Positions 42,320-53,011 of a DNA stretch of 64,000 nt are shown here, piece after piece (the first letter of the stretch is position 1; each line of letters opens with the position of its first letter). Made by a program: the position numbers and the translations under genes. Origin of the DNA: Methanobacteriota archaeon (GTDB lineage: Archaea; Methanobacteriota; Methanobacteria; Methanobacteriales; Methanobacteriaceae); NCBI GenBank assembly GCA_963787255.1, contig CAWBCJ010000025.1:64001-128000 (forward strand), given 5' to 3'. The notes beneath the pieces were generated by a model. The model made no database searches. It was not told the origin of the DNA and saw only the letters and a program-made list of their open reading frames with translations.

Positions 42320-43438
42320 TTACGGTTTATTAAGAATTTTACCGTCCATTCTAACAATAATAACTTCAAAATCTATTTCTGTCCTTTGCTGACATTTTTC
42401 CTTTACTGCAGCGCCTATCGTTTTAAAAACATCAAAAGTCATGTTTACACCATCTAAAATGTCTATCATGTCTTCAGTAGTTTTTGATTTAAAAATTTGC
42501 TCTATTAATTCTTTATCAGCACCTAAAAGTCCACAGTAAGCAGCTATTATTTCATGCCTTCCATCTGCAATACTGTTTTTAGTATTGAAAATTCCGGCAG
42601 CAATTTTAATGATTTTTCCAGCATGTCCAAGCAATGTAATTTTTCGAACTCCTTTTTCACGAGCTTTATCAAGCATGAACCCCACATAATTTCCCATCTG
42701 AATTATCTGGTCTTCATTAACGTCTAGAATTTCACTTGCAATACGTTCACCAATGTTTCCAGGAACAAAAACGAGATCTTCAAATCCTTCAGCAACGGCC
42801 ACATCAATCTGACATGCCAGGGACTCTTTATAAGCATATGAAGACATTGGTCGGGCAATACCGGTAGTTCCAAGAATAGATATTCCGCCTGTAATCCCCA
42901 GACGGGAGTTCATGGTTTTTTTAGCAATTTCTTCACCACGGGGCACAAAAATAGTTATTTCAGCACCTTTTCCATCAGGAAGCACTTTTTGCAGGTTAAA
43001 TTTTATCATTTCCATGGGAACAGGATTTATAGCGTGCTTGCCAACAGGAACTTGCAGGCCCGGTTTTGTTACCACACCCACACCTTTCCCACCCTTAACA
43101 ATTATCTGGTTAGAATCAGTTATTCTGACATCCGCACATATTTTAAGGTTTTTTGTAACGTCAGGGTCGTTATATGGCATTTTTATTATGCAAGCTCTTC
43201 CAGAATTAGAATTTAATTTTTTAAAACAATCAACGTTAATATCAAGCTTTCCAAAAGGAGAATCAATAGTTACAATAGATATTTCTTTTTTTCCAACAGC
43301 TAAAAATGCTGCAAGAACTGCTGTTGCTGCTGCACTTCCAGTTGTAATCCCATAAGGGGAATTTCTTTTGTTTGGATTTAATTCCCCTGAATTTTTGTTT
43401 CCTGACTCTTTAGGGAGAGGTTCACTGTGGATTTCCAT
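42320..43438 (-). CDS. cbiD: Cobalt-precorrin-5B C1-methyltransferase
   Basis: GITTGSAA, DPDVT, GVGVVTKPGL, RLGITGGISILGTTG, GHAGKIIKIAAGIFNT. Confidence 0.95.
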   Translation of the reverse strand: MEIHSEPLPKESGNKNSGELNPNKRNSPYGITTGSAAATAVLAAFLAVGKKEISIVTIDSPFGKLDINVDCFKKLNSNSGRACIIKMPYNDPDVTKNLKICADVRITDSNQIIVKGGKGVGVVTKPGLQVPVGKHAINPVPMEMIKFNLQKVLPDGKGAEITIFVPRGEEIAKKTMNSRLGITGGISILGTTGIARPMSSYAYKESLACQIDVAVAEGFEDLVFVPGNIGERIASEILDVNEDQIIQMGNYVGFMLDKAREKGVRKITLLGHAGKIIKIAAGIFNTKNSIADGRHEIIAAYCGLLGADKELIEQIFKSKTTEDMIDILDGVNMTFDVFKTIGAAVKEKCQQRTEIDFEVIIVRMDGKILNKP

Positions 43439-43447
43439 TTTTCCAGT

Positions 43448-43705
43448 TTAAGCGAGTTCTTCTTTAATTGCTTTTTCAAGTTCTTCCCTTTGAGGAGCCC
43501 CGACAAATTTAACAACACCGTTTATAGCAACTGCAGGAACTGCCATTAAGCCGTATTCAATTGCTTTTTCACGATCTTGCATTATATCAATTTTTTCAAC
43601 TTCGATATCATCAGGCATATCTTTTTTCACTGCTTCCACAACTTCAACGGCCATAGGACAGTATGGGCATGAAGGAGACGTAAATACTTCAACTTTAACA
43701 GCCAT
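43448..43705 (-). CDS. Small archaeal thioredoxin/glutaredoxin-like protein
   Basis: FTSPSCPYCP, YGLMAVP, FVGAP. Confidence 0.93.
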   Translation of the reverse strand: MAVKVEVFTSPSCPYCPMAVEVVEAVKKDMPDDIEVEKIDIMQDREKAIEYGLMAVPAVAINGVVKFVGAPQREELEKAIKEELA

Positions 43706-43827
43706 AATTTAACCTCCAAAAATATTAGGATTTTTTTATTCAAATTACTAATCAATTATATCTTTTTTTTATTATAAAATACTTATTTAGATTTATTATG
43801 ATTTAAATTTAATTATCATTTTCCTGC

Positions 43828-44730
43828 TTAATAAAATAAATTTTGAAGATTATCACTTTCCATGATGCTCCCTATTCCTTTTCCCATTGAGTATCCGATT
43901 TTAGATGATAAACTGCTTAAGATATCTTCAAATGACTGTGGTGAGGTCATGGTTACAATTTGGTATGTTCCTTCAATTCCTCCAAGTTTTGCAGCCATAT
44001 CTAGAGCCTGATCTTTTCCACCGGTTTCGTCAATTAATTTAAGTTCTTTTGCCTGAGCGCCAGTAAATACTTGTCCTTCAGCTATACTTTTCACGTAATT
44101 TTTGTCTAATTTCCTGTTTTCTGCTACTATAGAAATGAAGTTGTCGTGTTCTTGGTCAACCATCTGTTGAAGCATGTTTCTTTCTTCTGTGGTTAAATTT
44201 CTGTAGTCTGCACCCATGTCCTTGAATTTACCGCCTTTAATGGAATATTTATCAACACCAATGGTTTTGTAAAGGTCAGAAAGGTTTGTCATGCTTAATA
44301 TAACACCTATGCTTCCTACCCATGAAGATTTACTTGCAACAATCTTGTCTGATCCTGATGCTATGAGATATGCTCCTGATGCTCCTGTATCGCTTATCCA
44401 GGTTACAACTGGTTTTTTACTATTTTTAACTGCTTCCATGATTTCAGTGCTTGCAACGGGTGTTCCTCCAGGGCTGTTGATATCTAAGAGAATCGCACTT
44501 ACTGAAGAATCTTCTTCTGCTTCTTTAATCTGGCTCTTTATTATTTCAGGATTTACGACACTTCCGCTTAGTATATCTGATGATCCATAAGCGATCTCGC
44601 CTTGAATTGGTATAACTGCAACTGTTCCTCCAAATGAAGAACCTAAAATGGCTATTATGCCAATTAAAAGGATAAAAAGGACAAAAAGTCCTCCTGCTCC
44701 AATTATTAGTAATTTGATATTTTTGTCCAT
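43828..44730 (-). CDS. sppA: Signal peptide peptidase SppA (S49)
   Basis: INSPGG, GASGAY, GSIGV, GKFKD; N-terminal TM. Confidence 0.95.
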   Translation of the reverse strand: MDKNIKLLIIGAGGLFVLFILLIGIIAILGSSFGGTVAVIPIQGEIAYGSSDILSGSVVNPEIIKSQIKEAEEDSSVSAILLDINSPGGTPVASTEIMEAVKNSKKPVVTWISDTGASGAYLIASGSDKIVASKSSWVGSIGVILSMTNLSDLYKTIGVDKYSIKGGKFKDMGADYRNLTTEERNMLQQMVDQEHDNFISIVAENRKLDKNYVKSIAEGQVFTGAQAKELKLIDETGGKDQALDMAAKLGGIEGTYQIVTMTSPQSFEDILSSLSSKIGYSMGKGIGSIMESDNLQNLFY

Positions 44731-44921
44731 AGATAATCACATTGAATCGAATTTTTTCAAATTATATTAGTATTTTTATGAGAATTATACTGAATTGAAT
44801 TATAATTTCATTCCATAAAAATAATATCATTATAGAAAAAATAATAATTGTAATAAAATAATATTATTGCTTTAATTTGATAATTTATTGAATTTTTTTA
44901 TATTAATTTAGGAGGGAATCA

Positions 44922-45011
44922 ATGGCAAAGATTGTAAATTATTATTTAAACAATGTATTTTTAGTCATGAGTAATATATTTCCTTTCTTCGCCATTACAA
45001 ACATGAGATAA
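44922..45011 (+). CDS. Candidate 29-aa Phe/Tyr-rich small ORF upstream of aroK
   Basis: GGAGGG RBS 5 nt before ATG; MAKIVNYYLNNVFLVMSNIFPFFAITNMR*. Confidence 0.3.
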   Translation: MAKIVNYYLNNVFLVMSNIFPFFAITNMR

Positions 45012-45216
45012 GTCTTTTTAATATATAATACTTTCTATTTGTATCGTATTATTACTAAATAGGGCAATTTTTATAAATAAGTAATAAAAACTATTAAGTA
45101 ATACACATGACACAAATTGATAAAAAAAATAAAAAGCATTTTTTAACTGTTATTTACATAATATAAGATATAACATTGAAATAATGTTGATATGTCATCA
45201 TTTAAAGTTCAAATTG

Positions 45217-45237
45217 TTAAAAAACAGTGTTTTTTAA
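45217..45237. promoter_or_regulatory. Perfect 10-bp inverted repeat just upstream of the aroK RBS
   Basis: TTAAAAAACA-g-TGTTTTTTAA. Confidence 0.4.
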
Positions 45238-45265
45238 AACAGTATACAAATTAAGGTGAATATAT

Positions 45266-46132
45266 TTGAAAACTATTGTTAAATCACCAGGTTCTGCAAC
45301 AGTAATAAATGCAATAGCAACAGGATGCGGCTCTGCATTTGGAATTGGACGCTATGTTACTGCTGAAGCTGAATTAAAATCATCAAAAATAAAGTGCAAA
45401 TCAGATAAAGACGTGGACACTACTTTAATGGAATTATGTGTTCAGAAAGTGCTCGAAAAGTTTGATATAGACACAGGAGTTAGCGTTAAGACTTATTCTG
45501 ACCTTCCAGTTGCATCTGGTCTTTCCAGCAGCAGCGCAACATCAAATGCAGTTACTATGGCCACAATATTAGCTATATCTAAAGAATTTTTCCTTGATTA
45601 CAAAATGGACGAATTTGAAGTGTTAAACATGGCAATAGATGCTTCTTTAGAGGCAGGGGTTACTATAACTGGTGCATTTGACGATGCAAGTGCTTCATTT
45701 TTCGGCGGTTTAACTATAACTGATAATATGAAAAGAAAAATTTTAAAGTCACAGGATATGGAAAAGCAAAACATATTAATATATATGCCAGATAAAAAAT
45801 CTATAACTGCACAATCAGATGTAGGGAGAATGAAACTTCTTGCTCCTTATGTCAAACTTGCATTTGATGAAGCTTTAAATGGAGATATTTTTAAAGCGCT
45901 AACTTTGAATGGACTTTTATATTGTGCGGCTCTTGAATTTAATCCTAATATTGCCCTTGATGCCTTAAGTGCAGGTGCAATTGCAGCTGGATTATCTGGT
46001 ACAGGGCCTTCATTTGTAGCAATTACTAATGATGAATCTTTAGACGCTGTTTTAAATGCATTAAATCCATATGAAGGCGAAGTAATGCATGTTGAAGTTG
46101 ATAATGAAGGTACAAAGGAAATTAATAGCTGA
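45266..46132 (+). CDS. aroK: Archaeal (GHMP-type) shikimate kinase
   Basis: [43 protein letters not shown]. Confidence 0.95.
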   Translation: MKTIVKSPGSATVINAIATGCGSAFGIGRYVTAEAELKSSKIKCKSDKDVDTTLMELCVQKVLEKFDIDTGVSVKTYSDLPVASGLSSSSATSNAVTMATILAISKEFFLDYKMDEFEVLNMAIDASLEAGVTITGAFDDASASFFGGLTITDNMKRKILKSQDMEKQNILIYMPDKKSITAQSDVGRMKLLAPYVKLAFDEALNGDIFKALTLNGLLYCAALEFNPNIALDALSAGAIAAGLSGTGPSFVAITNDESLDAVLNALNPYEGEVMHVEVDNEGTKEINS

Positions 46133-46166
46133 TTATCCTTCCTTTTTACATTGAGAAGGTGAAAAT

Positions 46167-46472
46167 GTGGATAAAGCAGAAGCTTTAAAAATTCTTCACG
46201 AATCCCGAAATAAAATAGATGGAATTGATGAAGAAATCATATCTCTTATAAAAAAAAGAACATCTCTTGCTGGGGACATTGTAAATGCAAAATTAGTTCT
46301 AGGCATGGATATAGAAGATAAAAAGAGAGAAGGTTATATTCAAGATAAAACAAAAAAAATTGCAGAGCAGAAACAAATTGACGAAAACTGCCTCAAAAAA
46401 ATAATGAAAATTTTAACTGATTTAAGCAAAAAAGAACAAGAAGAAATACTTAGGAGGGAAACTAATGGGTAA
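46167..46472 (+). CDS. aroQ: Chorismate mutase (AroQ type)
   Basis: R.KID.ID..II.LI..R, K, D..RE; between aroK and rps17e. Confidence 0.9.
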   Translation: MDKAEALKILHESRNKIDGIDEEIISLIKKRTSLAGDIVNAKLVLGMDIEDKKREGYIQDKTKKIAEQKQIDENCLKKIMKILTDLSKKEQEEILRRETNG

Positions 46473-46656
46473 CATAAGAACATCATTCGTAAAAAGAACT
46501 GCAAAAGAGTTAATAGAAACATATGAGGGTAAATTCACTACAGATTTCGATGTAAACAAAAAACTAGTGGAAGAATACTCTACTGTAAGTACAAAACATC
46601 TTAGAAACAAAATTGCAGGATACGTAACCAGATTGGTTAGACAAGAACCAAGATAG
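46465..46656 (+). CDS. rps17e: 30S ribosomal protein S17e
   Basis: [11 protein letters not shown]...FTTDFDVNK...[10 protein letters not shown]. Confidence 0.97.
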   Translation: MGNIRTSFVKRTAKELIETYEGKFTTDFDVNKKLVEEYSTVSTKHLRNKIAGYVTRLVRQEPR

Positions 46657-46675
46657 AATTCAGGTGTGACAATTA

Positions 46676-47899
46676 ATGGGAATTATAGTGGCTAAATTTG
46701 GAGGAACCTCCATTGGAAATGGGGAACGGATTAAAAAAGCCGCCCAATCAGTTGTAAATGAATACATGAAAGGTAATAAAGTAGTTGTTGTGGTATCTGC
46801 AATAAATAAAACTACTGACGAGTTTCTTAAAATCGTCGCTGATGCCATGGAAGAATCCATAACAGGTAAACAACTTGCAGAAGTCTTTTCCATGGGCGAA
46901 ATGACTAGTGTTAGAATATTTTCAGCAACAGTAGAATCATTGGGCGTTAAATCTGAATATGTTGATCCTTATAAGGACACTTGGCCCATAATAACTGATG
47001 ATAATTTTTTAAGTGCAAAAGTAGATTTTAAAGCAACAGAAGAAAGATCAAGTGAATTAAAAAAGATGATTGACGAAGGAATAATTCCCATAGTCTGTGG
47101 TTTCCTTGGAAAGGCTGAGTCAGGAACCATCACAACTTTGGGCCGTGGGGGAAGCGATATAACAGCATTCCTACTGGGGCATTGTCTTAAAGCTGAAGAA
47201 GTAATCATTGTAACCGATGTTGGTGGTGTAATGTCCACCGATCCAAACAAACTTCGAAACGCAAAAAAGCTTGATAAAATATCTGTTGAAGAAATGAGGG
47301 ATCTTGCAACCCATGGGGCGCAGGTACTACATCCTCATGCTCTTAAATATAAAGATCCTAAAATAGATGCCAAAATAATCGGGTACGACCATGGAGATTT
47401 ATCAGCTCCAGGAACAGAGATTATTGGACCATCTAATAATAGCGAATTAATTAAAAGCGCAACTTTAAACAGCGAGCCAATATCGGTTATAGCTGTTGTT
47501 GGAGAAGAAATTCTAACTAAAACTGGAATTTTGGCAAAAATAACCGATACTCTTGCTGAAAATGACATTAATATATTTGGAATTTCCACAGGCCAGAATT
47601 CTATAACGGTATTTGTAAATAAGGCCGCGTCAGAACATGCTCATGAAGTACTTCATGAGGTGGTTGTGGAAACTGATGATTTAAGTTCACTATCACTTGG
47701 AATGGAAATTGCAATGATAACTGTTATCAGTCAGGACTTTATAGATACTCCTGGAGTAATTGCAGAAATAACTGAACCTTTACAAAAAAATAAGATTAAT
47801 ATAGTTGAAATTTCTTCAAGTCAAACTTCTGTTGTTATTTTCGTTGATTGGAATGATGGAAGAAAGGCTTATGAACTTGTAAAAGGTGTCTTAAAATGA
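46676..47899 (+). CDS. lysC: Aspartate kinase
   Basis: [30 protein letters not shown], two ACT domains. Confidence 0.97.
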   Translation: MGIIVAKFGGTSIGNGERIKKAAQSVVNEYMKGNKVVVVVSAINKTTDEFLKIVADAMEESITGKQLAEVFSMGEMTSVRIFSATVESLGVKSEYVDPYKDTWPIITDDNFLSAKVDFKATEERSSELKKMIDEGIIPIVCGFLGKAESGTITTLGRGGSDITAFLLGHCLKAEEVIIVTDVGGVMSTDPNKLRNAKKLDKISVEEMRDLATHGAQVLHPHALKYKDPKIDAKIIGYDHGDLSAPGTEIIGPSNNSELIKSATLNSEPISVIAVVGEEILTKTGILAKITDTLAENDINIFGISTGQNSITVFVNKAASEHAHEVLHEVVVETDDLSSLSLGMEIAMITVISQDFIDTPGVIAEITEPLQKNKINIVEISSSQTSVVIFVDWNDGRKAYELVKGVLK

Positions 47900-48789
47900 A
47901 ATTAGAAGGTACGATCGTAGCTATGGTAACGCCATACACAAAAAGTGATGAAATAGATGAGGAAGGAATCCGTGAAAATATAAATTACTTAATAGAAAAG
48001 GGCGTAGATGGGATATTGGTTGCCGGAACGACAGGAGAATCAGCCACAGTATCTCATGATGAACACCGTAAGCTAGTTGACATTCTAATCGATGAAGTTA
48101 ACGGTAGAGTTACAACTATCGCGGGAGCGGGTAGTAATTCATCCAAAGAAGCTCTTGGACTTGTGAAACATGCGGAAAATACAGGAGCAGATGCTGCACT
48201 CGTTATAACGCCATACTACAATAAACCACAACCTCACGGTCTTTATAAACATTACGAAATGCTAACAGATTCTACAGATATTCCCATTGTAGTTTACAAT
48301 GTGCCGTCAAGAACTGGAACTGATATAGACGTTGAAACTATTGGAAAAGTGGCAGAACTTGATAATATCGTTGCCATAAAAGAAGCAAACCCTGATCTAG
48401 ATAAAGTATCTAAAATAATTAAAAAAATTGACGAAGTTAATAAGACTGATAAATTCGTTGTTCTTTCTGGAAACGACGATCTCACACTTCCTATGATTGC
48501 AATGGGGGCAAAAGGAGTTATAAGTGTTGTTGGAAACGTTGATCCTGCGCGTATGAGTCGGATGGTTAATTATGCATTAGAAGGTGACTTTGAATCTGCC
48601 GCTAAAGCACATTACGAGCTCTATGATCTTATGAAGGTGCTCTTTGTGGAGACTAACCCCGTACCTGCAAAAGCTGCTTTAAACATGATGGGAAAGCCCG
48701 CAGGGCATGTTCGAATGCCTCTTGCACCTCTAAAAGAGGAAAGCGAGGCTAAAGTAAGGGAAGTACTTAAAAAGCTTGATTTAATTTAA
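47896..48789 (+). CDS. dapA: 4-hydroxy-tetrahydrodipicolinate synthase
   Basis: GTTGES, TPYYNKP, YNVPSRT, IKEA, ETNPVP.K. Confidence 0.97.
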   Translation: MKLEGTIVAMVTPYTKSDEIDEEGIRENINYLIEKGVDGILVAGTTGESATVSHDEHRKLVDILIDEVNGRVTTIAGAGSNSSKEALGLVKHAENTGADAALVITPYYNKPQPHGLYKHYEMLTDSTDIPIVVYNVPSRTGTDIDVETIGKVAELDNIVAIKEANPDLDKVSKIIKKIDEVNKTDKFVVLSGNDDLTLPMIAMGAKGVISVVGNVDPARMSRMVNYALEGDFESAAKAHYELYDLMKVLFVETNPVPAKAALNMMGKPAGHVRMPLAPLKEESEAKVREVLKKLDLI

Positions 48790-48833
48790 ATTTAATATTA
48801 TAATTTTAAATTTTTTTTTAGGAGAAAGATAAA

Positions 48834-49655
48834 ATGATTGGAGTGGCTGTAACAGGCGCAAGTGGAAGAATGGGTTCTAAAATAATTAAAACCATACTAG
48901 AACAGGACGATATGAAAGTTGTAGCAGCAATAGAAGCACCAGAAACTCCGCTGGAAGGAAAGGATATAGGAGAAGTTATTGGTGTTGGAAAGATGGATGT
49001 AACCGTAAACGGTGCAGAAAAACTTGCTGAGGTTTTAAAGGAAAAGAAACCAGATATACTTGTTGATTTCACCATAGCCGATGCGGCAGTTAACACAATC
49101 AAAACATCTGCAAAATGCGGTGTAAATGTAGTTGTAGGCACAACTGGCATATCTGATGAACAGATGGATGAAGTTAGAGAATCCATAGAAGATAACAATA
49201 TAAAAGCGGTTATATCCCCAAATATGGCAGTTGGAGTTAATGTATTCTTTAAAGCAATTAAAGACCTTGCAAAAATCCTCAATGATTACGATATTGAAAT
49301 AATAGAAGCACACCACAAACATAAGGCCGATGCACCTTCAGGAACAGCAGTTAAAGCTTATGAAATTATAGCAGATGAGCTTGGAAGAAACAAAGAAGAA
49401 GCATGCGTATACGGCAGACAGGGACTTGTTGGAGCTCGTAGCGAAGAAGAGATAGGAATGCACGCCGTTCGTGGAGGGGATATTGTTGGAGATCACACAG
49501 TACTCTTTGCAGGGGATGGAGAACGAATCGAAATAATTCACAGGGCTCACAGCAGGCAGGCATTTGTAAGTGGCGTAATTAAAGCAATAAGATTTGTAAT
49601 TAATGCTCCTGAAGGTAAAATAAGTGACATGGGCGATGTTCTAGGTATTAAATAG
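48834..49655 (+). CDS. dapB: 4-hydroxy-tetrahydrodipicolinate reductase
   Basis: GASGRMG, VVGTTG, EAHHKHKADAPSGTA, GDHTV. Confidence 0.97.
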   Translation: MIGVAVTGASGRMGSKIIKTILEQDDMKVVAAIEAPETPLEGKDIGEVIGVGKMDVTVNGAEKLAEVLKEKKPDILVDFTIADAAVNTIKTSAKCGVNVVVGTTGISDEQMDEVRESIEDNNIKAVISPNMAVGVNVFFKAIKDLAKILNDYDIEIIEAHHKHKADAPSGTAVKAYEIIADELGRNKEEACVYGRQGLVGARSEEEIGMHAVRGGDIVGDHTVLFAGDGERIEIIHRAHSRQAFVSGVIKAIRFVINAPEGKISDMGDVLGIK

Positions 49656-49700
49656 AAATATAATCTTAACCCATTTTTTCTATTATTATATGGGGATCAC

Positions 49701-50864
49701 ATGCTTTTTAAGAAACACGATAAAGTAACAGAGTTTGTGCCAACATTTCTAAAAGAAGATAGATCTGCTTTAAGAAAAATCCACGAAGTAATAAGCAGGG
49801 CAAAAAACCATATTTACATAGTATATCCATGGATAACGCTTGGTGAAGAATTTATAATTCCTTTTGAAAATGCTCTTTCAGTTAATGAAGATATAGAGAT
49901 ATATTTAATTACAAAACTTGAAAGAGAAGATGTATTCCGGCGATTACATCAATTAGAAGATGTTGAAAGATGGAAAAATATTTTTGAAAACAATATGTCC
50001 ATCAAATACAATAACAACATCCACGCTAAGATGATAATTGCTGACGATAAAGAAATGATTGTTGGCTCTTCAAATCTCACTGGAAGCGGCCTTGGATCAT
50101 CAAGAGAATACGAAGGACGGCCTCAAATTGAAGCAAACGTATATACCAATGATCCTGAAGCATTAAAAAATGCAGTGGGATTTTTTGTTAAATTATGGAG
50201 CCATAACACTTCTAATGAATATATAAATAATGAATACGTTTTATCCTGTAAATCCTATCAGCTTTCAGGAATATATCAAAGATTCCGAAAAGATTTTGAT
50301 AACATAGTTAAAAAGGAAAACATCCAATTTTTAGGGAATGGAACGGTAAAATTCAGGGGAATTTTATCTTATTTAGACAATGATAAAGCGTATATTATGG
50401 GTAAAAAACGTAAAGACATTGCAATAAAATTCATTGGAAATAATAAAGCTTTCAAATCAGCTAAAATTGGGGAAGAAGTGGAAATTTCAGGGAAACTGGG
50501 TAAACTGGACGGATTTAATGAATTCACCTTAAGAGGGTTTTCGGCTATAAACAGGGAAATTTCTATAAATAATTTAAAAAGTGGTTTAAGCCAGCTTACA
50601 ATTGACGCTGAAATCATAGAAATAGATAACACCCTTGAACTGGAAACTAAACATGGAACAAAAATCCTGACACTTGTAAATATTAAAGATGATACTGGGA
50701 GTGTTGTTTTAGAATTATGGGACAACATTATTCCTGAAGAAAAGATTATAAGCGGCACGAAGTTAGAAATAAAAAATGCATATACTAAAGTGTTTAATGG
50801 GGAAATCAGGTTAGGAATTCAAAAATATGATGGAAAAATTAAATTAATAAACAATATGAGATAA
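49701..50864 (+). CDS. Phospholipase D-family (single HKD) nuclease-like domain fused to two OB folds
   Basis: IHAKMIIADD...GSSNLT...IEAN; C-terminal RPA-like OB (INNLK...KDDTGSVVLELWD...IKNAYTK.FNGEIRL); probable middle OB. Confidence 0.8.
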   Translation: MLFKKHDKVTEFVPTFLKEDRSALRKIHEVISRAKNHIYIVYPWITLGEEFIIPFENALSVNEDIEIYLITKLEREDVFRRLHQLEDVERWKNIFENNMSIKYNNNIHAKMIIADDKEMIVGSSNLTGSGLGSSREYEGRPQIEANVYTNDPEALKNAVGFFVKLWSHNTSNEYINNEYVLSCKSYQLSGIYQRFRKDFDNIVKKENIQFLGNGTVKFRGILSYLDNDKAYIMGKKRKDIAIKFIGNNKAFKSAKIGEEVEISGKLGKLDGFNEFTLRGFSAINREISINNLKSGLSQLTIDAEIIEIDNTLELETKHGTKILTLVNIKDDTGSVVLELWDNIIPEEKIISGTKLEIKNAYTKVFNGEIRLGIQKYDGKIKLINNMR

Positions 50865-50932
50865 TAAGAATGAATATAAGAATAGATTTAATAATATTTA
50901 GATAAGAATTTATGAGTATATAGGTGATTAAA

Positions 50933-51976
50933 ATGGTAAATGTAGGTATTCTCGGAGCAACTGGAATGGTTGGGCAGAGATTCATAGAACTACTGGCGGA
51001 TCATCCAAAGTTCGAACTCACTGCCCTTACAGCATCTGCAAGATCAGCAGGAAAAAAATACGAAGACGCAGCAACATGGTATCTTGATACTAAAATACCA
51101 GAAAGCGTTAAAGACATAACTGTAGTAGACACAGACCCAAAAGAAACAAAAGACGTAGATATAGTATTTTCTGCACTACCTACAGACACTGCAGCTATAG
51201 TAGAGCCAAAATTTGCCAAATCATGCATCGTAGCATCAAATGCAAGCGCAATGAGAATGGAACCAGACGTACCCCTCGTAATTCCTGAAGTAAACCCAGA
51301 ACACCTGGACATGATTGAAACCCAGCAAAAAAACAGAGGATGGGACGGATTCATTGTAACTAATCCTAATTGTTCAACTATAGCACTTACAATTACCCTT
51401 AAACCGCTTTACGACCAGTTCAATATAAAAAGAGTTTATGTTTCAACCATGCAAGCTGTTTCAGGCGCTGGCTACAACGGAGTTCCTTCAATGGCAATAA
51501 TAGACAACCTTGTACCTTTTATAGGTGGTGAGGAAGAAAAGATGGAAACTGAAACCCTTCAGTTATTGGGAGATTATGATGGCGAAGCCGTAAATCCTGC
51601 ATCTTTTGGAGTTAGCGCTTCATGCCACAGAGTTGCTGTAGTGGATGGACATACAGAAGCAGTTTTCATTGAAATGGAAGATAGTTTTGAAATTGATGAA
51701 ATTAAAGAATCTATGAATTCATTTAAAGGTCTACCTCAAAAACTGAATCTTTATTCAGCACCAAAAAATCCTATAGTAATTAGGGAAGAAGATAACCGAC
51801 CGCAGCCTAGAATGGACAGAAATACTGATAATGGAATGGCTGTTACAGTTGGTAGGGTTAGAAAAGATGCAGCTTTTGCAAAAAGTCTTAGATATGTCCT
51901 TGTTGGTCATAATACTGTTAGGGGTGCTGCTGGAGCTTCAATTTTGAATGCAGAGTTAATATCTGAGATAATGTAA
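50933..51976 (+). CDS. asd: Aspartate-semialdehyde dehydrogenase
   Basis: [37 protein letters not shown]; ATG 50933 after GGTGA. Confidence 0.97.
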   Translation: MVNVGILGATGMVGQRFIELLADHPKFELTALTASARSAGKKYEDAATWYLDTKIPESVKDITVVDTDPKETKDVDIVFSALPTDTAAIVEPKFAKSCIVASNASAMRMEPDVPLVIPEVNPEHLDMIETQQKNRGWDGFIVTNPNCSTIALTITLKPLYDQFNIKRVYVSTMQAVSGAGYNGVPSMAIIDNLVPFIGGEEEKMETETLQLLGDYDGEAVNPASFGVSASCHRVAVVDGHTEAVFIEMEDSFEIDEIKESMNSFKGLPQKLNLYSAPKNPIVIREEDNRPQPRMDRNTDNGMAVTVGRVRKDAAFAKSLRYVLVGHNTVRGAAGASILNAELISEIM

Positions 51977-52059
51977 AAATTATCTTTTAATTTATTTTTT
52001 AAATTTAAAAATCTTTAACTATATGAGTTTTCAATCTAATTTTATCATATAAATACTGA

Positions 52060-52638
52060 ATGATAACCATGTTGGAACCGCTAATAACAACAAGCAATGT
52101 TGATATTCAAATTTTTTATTTAATTAATGTCTACATGCAAAATGCTCTTTTTGACTTTATAATGCCGCTAGTATCAGAAGTAGGGTATTTTAGCTTCTGG
52201 ATAATTATTTCAATAATAATATTTATTATTGGTGGGGAAAAAGGAAGAAGAGTTGCTATATTATCTGTCATGGCTCTTTTTGCTGGTTATTTTATTACAG
52301 AAATCCTAAAAGTAATTGTAGCTCGTCCAAGACCTTATGAAGTGCTTGAAGGTGTGCGGGTTTTGGCCCCTATTGATGGTTACTCCTGGCCATCAGGACA
52401 TTCTGTTGCCTCTTTTACTGTTGCAACAATTATTGGAAGGGAATATGGGTTAATTTATTTCTTCATATTTGCATCTTTAGTGGCGTTTTCTAGGGTTTAT
52501 AATGGAGTACATTATCCTTCTGATGTTGTTTCTGGCGCGTTAATTGGAATATTAATTGGTTTACTGGTTGTAAGGTATGAAAATAATATTTTGTCTGGAT
52601 ATTATGACTTAAAGAACTATTTGAAGAATAAAATATAG
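52060..52638 (+). CDS. PAP2 family phosphatase (lipid-pyrophosphate phosphatase-like)
   Basis: K..VARPRP, SWPSGH, SRVYNGVHYPSDV. Confidence 0.93.
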   Translation: MITMLEPLITTSNVDIQIFYLINVYMQNALFDFIMPLVSEVGYFSFWIIISIIIFIIGGEKGRRVAILSVMALFAGYFITEILKVIVARPRPYEVLEGVRVLAPIDGYSWPSGHSVASFTVATIIGREYGLIYFFIFASLVAFSRVYNGVHYPSDVVSGALIGILIGLLVVRYENNILSGYYDLKNYLKNKI

Positions 52639-52835
52639 TCATTTATCATTTAATTTCTTTATTAATCCTTTATGGTTTAATGTTTCTATTTTTAATTTCT
52701 ATTTTATGTTAGGATATTAAAGTGGGTTTTTTAAGTGTTTTAGGGGGTGTTTAAACTTTACATAATCATATGCTTTTGTTACTTATCGTGTTAAAATAGA
52801 AAGACTTATTAGATTTATTGGTTTTATATATTAAT

Positions 52836-52895
52836 GGCAAGGGGTATTTTCTGCTGTAATTATACCGCCTACAGTTGTTAATTTTGCTCCTTGCC
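52836..52895. ncRNA. Candidate structured RNA or cis-element (nested hairpin)
   Basis: GGCAAGGGGTA pairs with TGCTCCTTGCC (2 GU) enclosing GCTGTA/TACAGT; GC-rich island in AT-rich intergenic DNA. Confidence 0.35.
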
Positions 52896-53011
52896 TAAAT
52901 ATAAAATGCCTAATTTAAATATATTTATTAGATTCTAAAGATAATTTCAGATTATCCTAAATAAAACATTAAATTTAAAAATAAGTTTCAATATAAAATA
53001 AAACGATAAAA

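Noticed and set aside
52836-52895. Fluoride riboswitch or H/ACA guide identity for the hairpin
   Set aside because: Lacks the GGCGATG...TGATG-type fluoride core, a K-turn and an ACA tail; kept only as an unassigned structure
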